Both the position numbers and the translations under genes were made by a program. A DNA stretch of 64,000 bases from the human T2T-CHM13v2.0 reference genome, Homo sapiens, in NCBI RefSeq assembly GCF_009914755.1, contig NC_060936.1, one strand, 5' to 3'. Below are positions 1-12,752 of the stretch, piece after piece; position 1 is the stretch's first letter, and each line of letters begins with the position of its first letter. Below the pieces are notes generated by a model, which was not told the origin of the DNA, did no database searches, and saw only the letters and a program-made list of their open reading frames with translations.

Positions 1-899
1 AGTTATGAGATCATCAGTCTCATTCTCCCTTCAGGGGTGGTCTCGTGTCAGAAGACACTCAGAAGTTTTGTGTACCTTTAGATTTGTGAAGTGGAATAAA
101 TGCCTGATATTTTAACAAAGACATTCAGATACTGTGCAGCATGCAGCAGCCTCGAGCATCATAATCCTATGCAGCAGCATTAGGTAGAACGACTTAGAGT
201 GGAACCTCAGAAAGCACAGTGGCAGCAGTGATGAAGCCTTCTTATTAGATGTGGGCATCTCCACAGTGGAGTAAGGCCATACAAAGGGATTATTACAGCA
301 CAGGAAGTCTTTAAAACTCTCAGGGTACATTGAGTGAGCTCTTGGATCTGGCACTATTTCTTTACAGGTCTTATCCTTTTATGCTTATATGTGAGAGCAA
401 AAGAGAAAGGAGTTTGAACATTCTATCCTGCTGACATAGGATTTTTTTCTGCTGTATTAAATTCAAAATTCTACTTTGGATCTAGATATGATTCACAGGT
501 ATCACAAAGCATATTTCTTTTGTAGTAGTCTACCAATCTCAGATCGGTTTGAATTGCAGTTGAGCAACAATGGTAGTTAAAACACATTCAATCAGGTCAT
601 TATCGTCCAATAAGACAGTCTCACATAAAAGTCAGAAACCTTCTAGTTATTAGTCAAAGCAATACATCAGAATGCCTTGTTTATTATGATATGGCAAAAT
701 GAATCAGATGTAGACATAGAGGATATTTATTCATCATGTAGACCAAATGCCACACAAAATATACCATAGACATAATTTTAAGAGACAGACTATTAAATAT
801 CATGCATCTTCTAATTTTTAGAGATGCGTTGGCTGAACGTGTGGCCCTGGAACACATTTGCATGCACATAGATACCTATACATTGTTCTCTGTGAGCAA

Positions 900-1377
900 C
901 GAAAATATTCCAACCTTCACTTAACATACTTACTACGACAATCCTTGAACTTTAGTATGCCTACAAATTTCCCGGAAAACTTGATTAAAATGAAAATATT
1001 AAGACTATTCTTCAAGAGTTGCTCAGAAATCGATCTTAACAATCACGTGCCAAGTGCTGTTAATGTAGGTGGCCCTTGGACCACAGTTTGGGAAACACTG
1101 ACTTATTGTTATGAAAAATATGTTAATTATTAAATATGCAAAATACTGGTTTTTTAAATAATCTAAAGCAAAGACAGATACTAAGTATCTTTTAAAAAAA
1201 TTAAGTAATAAACGATAAGGGATTTAAATCTGTACGGAATAGAAACCCTTGCTCTGTGCTCTGTTACTAGCTATTTGTATTAGAGCAATCCATGTAATCC
1301 CTTTAAGTCAGTCCATCTCTAGAAATGGCTGCTGAGGAGAAAAAAATCTTAAGGCTTTGACAGATATGGATGTTAAT
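900..1377 (+). repeat. Left arm of an old inverted duplication (contains a MER5-like hAT fragment and a MIR-like fragment)
   Basis: Collinear with the reverse complement of 2294-2805, including non-TE flanks. Confidence 0.85.
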
Positions 1378-2293
1378 TAAGTGCTGACAGGACGGCATGC
1401 ATTTTACAGAACAACTGACTGCTTACATTTTTGTATAATTGGATTTATAATTAAATTAATTGCTCATTTATTTTTGAAATGATGTAATGCAAGCAGAGGA
1501 ATGTAAAAATAGTGAAACTTTATTTGTGATATTTATAGCATATATTTTTACTGGGATAATTTAAGCCCATGGTGTCACACAGGACTATAATTGCTACAGC
1601 CACACGTATTCCCTGGAATTTCAGGAAACCATCATTTTTAGGTGGTAGCAAAAATAGGAAGGCCCACATAGATTTTTGTCCTACATTTTGGGAGTGTGTG
1701 TGTGTATGGTTAGGTGCCTTGTAAAGTTTGAGAAAATGCAGAAAAGCCCTGCTGATTCCAAACTATCTTGCCTGTGGAACTGATAAGGTACCAACTCCAC
1801 ACAGTTATTTTGCTTAGAATTACAAAATTTGACATGCTAATGGAAAATGGAGATAGTAATAATGAACAAATCAAGTGATATTATTTCTTGCTTATCAGCA
1901 ATGCTGAGAATTACTGATTCAATCAATGAACAAAAGAGGCACTGTTTTAGCAAGCAAGATTTAGAACTCACAAATGTATTTACGAGATTCCACTCAACCT
2001 CTTTCCTATCAGTATATTAATAAGAATCAGTTTATTACTCAAGGGCAAAGCTATATTTTAGGTTTGGCAAATAATTGCTGCTTAAAATATTAAATGAATA
2101 TTAAAGGAAAGATAAAACATGGTAGATAGGTTTCAGTAGGAGTTGCAAAGGATGAGGGGATGTGAAACTGACAACCGCTCTGTTGTCGATGATTTACATG
2201 AAGAATCTGTGTAGAAGAGATTGAAGGGAGCCAGGCAATTAATGGGAGTACTGAAGGTGACACAGTAACCTCAGATACATAAATGCAGTAGGA

Positions 2294-2805
2294 AGTAACA
2301 AGCATATCTGCTTAAAATCTTATAAGCCACTAACTTGTACATTTTCGTATCTGATCCTGACCAAATCTCTCACATTTCTAGAGCTGTACTGAGTTAATAG
2401 GGATCGTGTAGATTGCCCAAAAATGCATAGCTAGTAATACAGCCAGGGTTTGAATCCTTTTATTCTAGACACATTTAAATTCTCTATGTTTTAGTAGTTT
2501 TTTAAAAAGATATTTAAAATCCGTTCTTGATCTAGATCATAAAAAGGATTTTTTATATTCAAAAATTAGCACATTTTTCATAACGCTAAGTCAGTGTTTT
2601 CCAAAATGTGGTCCAGGGTCCACTTAACACCATTTGGGGTGCACTTGTTAATTAGACAGATTCCTGAGTAAATCGCAAGATAATAAGGATTTCTATGGAA
2701 ATAGCTCAAGCATCTGATTTTAATCAAGCTTCCTAAGTAATTTGTAGGCATACTAAAGTTCAAGAATTATTGTAGTAAGTGTGCCAAGTGAAGGTTGGAA
2801 TGTTT
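2294..2805 (-). repeat. Right arm of the inverted duplication
   Basis: 2739-2764 is the exact reverse complement of 944-969; other anchor blocks follow in the same order. Confidence 0.85.
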
Positions 2806-5248
2806 GATACTCTGGGGATGTTACATTTCATGAGATGTTTTAGAATGTGTTGTATTGCTCCTCTTTCATGTATACGGCACACACATTCAAGTGACAGGCT
2901 GTTTGAGGGGCTAAGGCTGTTGCCATCTGAAGACCAATGCAGCTCTATCTGCTCATTGAACAACATATTTTATTCTGACAATGGAAGGATACTGTTTGTA
3001 ATCATTTGCAGAAAAGGGGATATTCTCCTTGTGTGTGTACTGTATTCCTTGGCTTAGAACAGTATGGTCTTCAGAAATTTTTATGAAATGTATTTGACCA
3101 CTGCAATAAGCTGTTTAAACATTGTTAATGACTTCATAGAAAATGGTTAGACTTTTGTTTATAGAGTGTAAAGAAATCAGTGTGAGGCTGATCTAAAACA
3201 TACCATTAGTCAGTTAAAGGGGGTTTCATCACCTATATTTAAATTGTATTTAATAATCCAAAAATTAACTGGAGAGAGATAATATTTATATGAAAGTGCT
3301 TAATTGACTTTGTATTTCATTGTATAGTATCCCCTTTTAAAGGGGTAGCAATTTTAAAATTCAAAACTAGTTTTATTTCCAGAAAATTTCATGTATTCGT
3401 TTCATGCATTTCACTTTTATGTACATATGCTGCAAAGCTTTACATCCACACACACATATCCATATACATGCATTACCTAAACCTCACAATAACACTCTTA
3501 GTAGGAACTTGGATCTTCATTTTAAAGACTGACACCTCAGAAGATGAAGGGACTTGAGCAGCAGAGGAAGAATTTCAGATCGAGTCTGAGAGGAAATTGT
3601 CCCTCAGTTTTGAATTGTAGAGTAGGAGATATTGGTGTCTTTTTGTCTGGAATAATATGTGCTTAACTTGAATAAGCTTCTGATAATCTCTTGGAAATAG
3701 AACTTTGTAGTGAATGTTGTTCAACATCAAATTTTAGGTTAAATATTTTTTTAAAAAATGAACTTTCACGAGGTTGAAATAGAGGTACAATTTATGGATA
3801 AAGGCACATTTTTTTGTACCTGATGTGCCAAAAATTTTTTTTTGTAAAAGTGATATGACCATTTGCTGATATATATGAATATTTCTTCAATATTCTTGAG
3901 ATGTTCTCTGTCAATGTAAATGATTGTCTAATCATCAGTGCGATGAAAAGCTAGTTTCATTTGTCATGATGGAACACACTTTCATTACATAGCAGTACTA
4001 AATTCTTTGTAAATAATAGTTGCTAATATATTGTTGAAGCATTTTATAATAATTTATTTGGACTATCCAGCACCAGAATAAAACGTGACAAGAGCTAGAT
4101 GGAGGTCTGTCCAGCAGAAAAATGCATATCTAGATATAGGACAGATTTCTCAAATGAGAAAACCCTAGTGTTGTCTAAAGGAAAGAGGGAGCAGGAAGAA
4201 GAATGACAAGTAGAGGAAGAGAGAAGGAGAAAGAAAGACGAAGATGTGTCATACTGCCTTGCCTTACTATATTGAGAAGTGCTGTTGTTTTAAAATATGT
4301 GTAAGAGATTTAGTAAAGGATGCTGGAGAACAGAAGGTGAATTCTCCTGGAAATTAACAGAGTGCCAGTCCATGTCAGGGATCCATCAGTCATGGAGACC
4401 CACAGAGCTGCATGAGGTTGTGAGATGCAGCAGCAGCAGCAGCAGTACCTGGCATAAGGCCTGGCTGGGTGTACAAGAGGTCACAGGGCTCTGAAGGCTG
4501 ACACGTTCAGGGAGCTGGCCAGCACAGCATGGCCTCAGGAACAGGAATGCACCCCCAGTTCCTGCTTCTGGTCCTTCTGTTATTTCAGTTGTTGAGAAGA
4601 AACAAGTCTGCTCCTGTGACTGGCACATGTTTGTCAGAGTTGCTTTTTTTTTTTTTTTTTGCCTCTGTCACTTCATTTTTTGCAACACTTTCAGGTCCAT
4701 GGAGGTCAGGGGGCTAGCTGTGAATTACTAAGTGGTGTGGCCTCAAGAGAGAAGTAGTAGGGGCAGTTTCTTCCACATTAGTAGGATGGGCTCAGCTTGC
4801 TGCCTTCTCTACTGTGCTGCTGAAGGATGTGATCAGAGAGTCACAAATGATGGGATAACTGGTGACACAATAGAACAGATCACCAGCAGAAAAATAAATG
4901 TGTGAACAACATATGAAAGATACTTTTATACCCGAATGGCAAGAAATCTATATCATAAAATAAATTACATGCTGCTGGGGGATGTCTCACTGTCCTAATG
5001 AAAGACAAAACATTTTGAAGTGAAGGAAAAGATAGCATGGAATAACACAGAGAGGCTCAAAATAATGAAAATAACTTTTCATTCTGATTAGAGTGTACAT
5101 ATTCAGAACTGGAAAACAGACTTCCAGTAATGCCCAATAAACCACATATTTCAAAATGCTTTTAAATATTGATACTTAAAATATCCTTTTCTGGAGTATA
5201 TTTATAAACTGCAGGAATCCCTAACAAGGATCAAAGCCCCAGTAATAG

Positions 5249-6007
<759 letters not shown>

Positions 6008-7258
6008 TAGGAAATTAAAGTTCATTTTGGATAGGATTATAGTTATGTACATGGTCCATTCATTTCATCATTTATTCAATAACTCCATATCAAGTGACTT
6101 CTGTGTGTCAGGCATTAGCGCCACAACAATGAACAAGATATGTATCCCCTGCCCTGGTTGGCTTACAGCCTAATGGAATAATAAATGGTTACTGAATACT
6201 TTCAGTCAACATTTTGCATGCACAACTTTATGCAAACCTTGCAATTGTGCTATGAATTAGATATTCTTTCCATATTAAAAGGTGAAGACAATTAGGTTCA
6301 GAGGCTGAGTAATTTGCCCAAAGTTGCAAGCTAAAGAATGGTTGAGCCAAAATTCGGCAAGATATGGCTAACTTTCCCTGTACACATTTATGCATTTTGG
6401 CACATGTTCCCATATACTGTGGTCATTATTGAGAAGGAACTGTTAAATTACATTCTAGCCCTAGAAAAGTTGTCTGTATTTTATTTTCAATTTACTGAGA
6501 TCTCTTGCTGTATGTGGACACAACTAATCTTTTTTTAGGCCTATCCCACTTCTTTCCAGATTATCTATACAGTTCATGGGTAAATAGACCAAAATATCAC
6601 TGATGTACTCTATCAAAATGAAAAATAAGAAGCAAACTTTCACAGAAATTGCTCTTAATTCTTCACCTTTATTTATCTGTTTCTTTTTCTCTCTGGTCAG
6701 TGCTGCTTTCTTGCCCCTCAATAGCAACACTGCAGTAGCATCTCTTGCTCTTAAATGTGAATATCTGTGGGAAACATTTAGAATTCTCAAATTATAACAG
6801 TTTATTATTACACAAATTAGGATTTCACTCTGTCACTCAGGCTGGAGTACAGTTAGGATTACACAAATTAGGATTTGTGTAATAATAATAAAATTAAAAA
6901 TAAAAATAATAATATGTCATCTAAGTTAATTTTTACAAAGTCAATTGCTTGATTGGCATTAAAGTTTTGGCATTTTTATGTGTTTGCTTTTTCTAACTTT
7001 CTCTTCATTAAAATATAACTTGTCTTATTTTGTATGTGTAACTCAATGAGAAAAATTAGAAACTATCAGGACAAAAAAAGTGATCAAATTCACATTTTTG
7101 TGACAAAGTTTAGATAGGCATAACCAGTGTGTACACATTTCAAAAATTTTCACTTAGGTCTATATGTAGATAACGATGTCATGCACAATCAAAATAAAAA
7201 GCTAAAAATCTTTCCACAGATCATGTAATTGATTTTCCTGTCCTCTAAAAGAATTGTT

Positions 7259-7639
<381 letters not shown>

Positions 7640-7935
7640 TCAGGCTTATATATATTAAAAAGGAAAAATATGTTTATCCTGGCCCATATATTACCATGGT
7701 CCAGGTAAAAATTTTGTCCAGCCTCTGCCAAATGCTAGGATTCTTGCAAATCCGGGAGTATATGTGTTCTCAAAATCCATTAAAAAATAAATAGACTCCT
7801 ATATTTTTCTTTGACATAATAGTATGGTGCAAGCAATCAGTAGGATTTTAATGTTGCTGTTTTAAATATGTTCGACTATATTTATACGTTGAACACTACA
7901 ACATGTGTTTTCCTTTTAAAATTGTTTTTCATGCT

Positions 7936-8247
<312 letters not shown>

Positions 8248-8710
8248 CATGCTCTATCTTAATTTATGTTTTCATTCAATTCTATGTCATGAGATTTCAG
8301 TTATGCTATTATATATTCTTTTAAAACAATGATTTAATGTCTTTTCAAGATGAAACCCCTATTGTGTCATTATTGATGAGTGCTCTAATGCCCTAGGCCA
8401 TATCATTCTTAAGGTGATCCAGTAAGCAGTGGTTGAGGCAGGAAGTCACCAAATGACTCAAATCTAAGAATGCAACACTCCTGTATAAGGCCCTGCCTAC
8501 CGCAGGAAGGCCCATTCCCACCGTGCTGTGTTTACCATGGTTTCAGTGAAAATGATTAACACTTTTTCACGTTTAATAGCATACAGGTCCACACAACTAT
8601 GTCATTGCACTGGCTTGTTCACATATCTGTGTACTCTTTTTCTGTGAACTTCTTAAGAGCAAGCAAACTGTGCCTTTCTTTTTTGAGTCTTCATAGCTAC
8701 ATGCTTAGTC

Positions 8711-8980
8711 ACAGTGGTGGATTTTACCACGGAGATGATGAAACTTAAGTAGCAGGGCCCTTCACCTGCATGAGGCTATTCCAGGGTCCTGGGTGAAACC
8801 TTAGCAGTGTAATCACATGGTCGTACATGATTGCAAAATTTTTAAAAGCAAGATATTTTAATTAGACTGCTACATGGTTTTGTATTTTCGTTTATATTAG
8901 TAATTTTATTTTCTTCTTGTCCTGAAAGAAGGCTCTCCAAATGGACAATTTTGGCCCCACAAAACCTTGATTGTCCCCTG
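8711..8980. mobile_element. Old hAT DNA transposon fragment (MER69-like, tentative)
   Basis: cagtggtggattttacc...gggcccttcacctgca... ending ...cccctg resembles recalled hAT-Tip100 termini. Confidence 0.45.
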
Positions 8981-9626
8981 TTGACATGCAAGGAACACTT
9001 ATTTGCTTTTTTCTTGAATAAGTGAAAGAAGTAAAAGGGATGAGGAGGAATGAATATTTTATTAATTAATATATTGTAACATTTAAAATTAGCATGTCTG
9101 GCAAAAATTTTCCTTAAGCCACTAACAGAAAATGCTAACATCATCACCCTTGTGTAATGTCTGTGAGTTTACAAGCTCTTATACAAATGTAACTTCAATT
9201 GAATCTTTGAACCAGGCCTTCCGTTAAATGTAACCTTCAATTAAAGTGAATGATATCAAAATGTTTACAACTGTGCTATTTGTAGAAAAGACTTATTATA
9301 CTCAATGGTTACAGAGGAAAAGAAACCTAAACACATGATTGAGTGACACTCATGATTGCATTGTGTCAATACTAGGATGTCAGCTGAAGCCTTCTGATAC
9401 TGACTCCAGTCTTTGCATTACACGGTGTTTACAAATATATTTAAATAAATGAAAACTTATTCTACAAACGAAAAGCATAAAGTCACATAGGTTAATAATG
9501 TTTTCCTCAAATGATGAACATTTCCAATTTCCTTCCCTTTCTTTCTTCTCCTCTCCTCCTCTCCCCTTCCTTCCCCTCTCCTTCCTTCTAATTCTTTCCT
9601 TCTTCTTCTTTTCTTTCTTGATGCAG

Positions 9627-9702
9627 GTGTTTAAAATTATCCAACTGCCATAGAGCTAAATTCTTTTTTGGAAAATTGAACCGAACTTCTACTGAATACA
9701 AG
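9627..9702 (+). other. CNTN1: CNTN1 exon 2, 5'UTR portion (76 nt)
   Basis: Acceptor atgcag|GTGTTT after a ~95-nt polypyrimidine tract; no upstream ATG before the start codon at 9703 (context acaagATG, A at -3). Confidence 0.9.
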
Positions 9703-9763
9703 ATGAAAATGTGGTTGCTGGTCAGTCATCTTGTGATAATATCTATTACTACCTGTTTAGCAG
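9703..9763 (+). CDS. CNTN1: Contactin-1 exon 2: signal peptide MKMWLLVSHLVIISITTCLA
   Basis: 61 nt; translation matches the recalled contactin-1 N-terminus; donor CAG|gtaaga; ends in phase 1. Confidence 0.97.
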
Positions 9764-9964
9764 GTAAGAAATATCCTTTGTATATTCTACATATATTATG
9801 TCAACATAATTGATATGCGTGTTTATTAAATGTATTGTATGAAGTAAAAATTCTTATTTTCTCGACATCTGGGTCAGATAAGTAGATAAATATGTATCAA
9901 GGGTGACCCTATTTCCTTTTTAATTTCAATTAAGATTTCACAAAACATTGTCAATCTTGGGTAA

Positions 9965-10361
9965 TAGTGTGCTGGTGAATGTTTAAAATCTAGATCTCTG
10001 GGGAGATCCCTGGAGTGTAGCATTTGTCTATTACTGGGGAGTAAATTATCCTACCATGGCCAGTTTCAACCTGACATCATTTAATGTGGAACTGGAAAGA
10101 TGTGCAACCGCTCACCAGTCTGTAGTATTTTCACCACCCTGATATAAGTAACCACAATGGCAAAGAGAATATAAAATATAGTAAATAAAAGAGAGAAAAC
10201 AATGGGTTTTAAGCATTTATTCCCTTTGTTCTTAGTATAATTTATTCATTTGTAAATTAATACAATTTTTAATACTGGCCATGTTTAACAACTGATTCAC
10301 AAAATTTCTGAAAATTAATAATCACTTCTTAAGAGCTATAAGCAGATGCAACACACTACTG
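9965..10361. mobile_element. Old hAT DNA transposon (MER63-like, tentative)
   Basis: tagtgtgctggtgaatgtttaa... to ...caacacactactg; terminal inverted similarity. Confidence 0.5.
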
Positions 10362-11342
10362 AATCTTACACAACTCTTTTGCCAATTTGATCAATATAAT
10401 TTAAAAAATGGATTAAAGTAATCTACAGTGTGTGTAGGGACATAAGACTAATAAAACAATTTTGAGAGTACATTCATTTTAGGACAAAGAAATATTATAT
10501 TTCTGTCTTTCAAAGGCAAGTGTGAAGCATTCAGACCTATTTCCTACAATGAGAAGCACATCATATCTTTATCTGAAAAACTGATATAATTACCCAACTA
10601 GTACTTATTGAGCTAGGTCATTTAGTACTTATTGAGCTAGGTCATTATTATGAAAGTATTAGAAAAATTGAATTCTAACAACCAATTTTTCTAATACTTT
10701 CATGATAATGACCTAACCCAGTAGATACTTGTTGAGTGACTGTTTTGTTCAAGACATAAATGGTCCTCATCCTTTTGTATATAAATCCCCATTGATCACT
10801 TTAATGATTAATCTGACGGGCATCATTATTAAGAACATAAAAAAATATTATTTTATTTTGGGGAATAATTTTTATTATGCTCACTCCAAAACTCAGAAAA
10901 GATCATTTCATTAGTACTTAAGGATTTTAATGACATTGATAAATATATATTTTATAACCAGGGTAATTATGCACACACACCCACATACATAGATGTAATT
11001 ACATGCATAATATATTTACATATATATAATGTAAATATAATAAAGAAAAAATTTGGTAAAGTCATTGTGAAGTCTTATTTTTGTGAATAAAATAAAATAA
11101 AAATTATCTTATTATTACTGAAAATTCATACGAATTCTATTGACTGCAAACTTCGGTGCTGCAACTATCAATGTAAAGATAAGAAATAAGTATCTGCACA
11201 GATGTGAAGATACTTCAACCTTTATAGTAAAGGGCCACTACTCTCATTCCATTGTCTAGCATCTCAGCTATTTAAGTAATGTTTGAAACCACCATTCAAA
11301 TAATTGCTTCAGGATCAAAATTGTTTTTTCTTTCATTTTTAG

Positions 11343-11375
11343 AGTTTACATGGTATAGAAGATATGGTCATGGAG
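11343..11375 (+). CDS. CNTN1: Contactin-1 exon 3: 33-nt cassette, (E)FTWYRRYGHG
   Basis: ttcatttttag|AGTTT...TGGAG|gtaagt; phase 1-1; matches aa 21-31. Confidence 0.95.
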
Positions 11376-11867
11376 GTAAGTTGACCAAAGAGTAGACCTT
11401 GTAAACATCTTTTCTCTATTGAATCATATTTTATCTCTGCTTTAAACTATTAACTCTCTAAACTTTAAGGCAAATGGTTAATGTTAGATCACTATGAAAT
11501 TTTGTAAGGTGGTCTTTCTGAGATTATAAGCAAACTGTTTGTTGAATGAGTGGATACATCATAAACAAATATCCTATTAGAGGATTGTAGCAAATGGAAA
11601 ATATTCAATTTGGCTGGCTTTTTTTCCTGCATGCTTTGTAACAATGCTATGCGACTAAATTTGGAAGCAATATTTTAAAATTTGTAAGCCTTGAACTTAT
11701 TTTTGAAAGCCTCTTGCTTTGTTGCAAGGGAGATAACTAAAGTTAGTGAAATTGGAATCTTAAGATTCAGTTCAATTAAAAGTCCACAGGTATTGCAAAA
11801 TTTATTGTTTAATAATCCTTCCAGTTTAGAGCCTACTTCAACTACCAAACAGATATTGCAGAAATAA

Positions 11868-12105
11868 AGTCAGCATGGTATACTGGAAAAAATACAGAGT
11901 CTAGAGTAAGACCAGCCTGAATTTGCATTTTCAGCTCAGTACTTACTAGATGATTTTATTATCTTGCATAAATTATATAACTTCTATGAGTCTCAACTTT
12001 CCAATATGTAAAAATCACAGAATTGTTGTGAGGACTAAAAAATGAATTGCAATGATAACTTCTAGCATAATGACTGGCAAGTAGGTGCTTAATGAGTGTA
12101 GCAAC
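11868..12105 (+). mobile_element. MIR SINE
   Basis: cttactaga...tctcaactttcc...gtaaaa...ttgttgtgagga core. Confidence 0.7.
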
Positions 12106-12183
12106 ACTAGTAACTTACAAAAGCCATTGCATGATGGTAGGAGAATGAAAAATCATGAAGAATCACTGAACAACCAGTGCTAG

Positions 12184-12752
<569 letters not shown>

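Noticed and set aside
858-2763. Two ORFs sharing the peptide NFSMPTN on opposite strands
   Set aside because: A by-product of the inverted duplication; the frames diverge immediately and there is no coding signal.
4386-4628. Poly-Leu/poly-Ser ORFs over (CAG)6 at 4428-4445
   Set aside because: Short intronic triplet run with no splice or start context.
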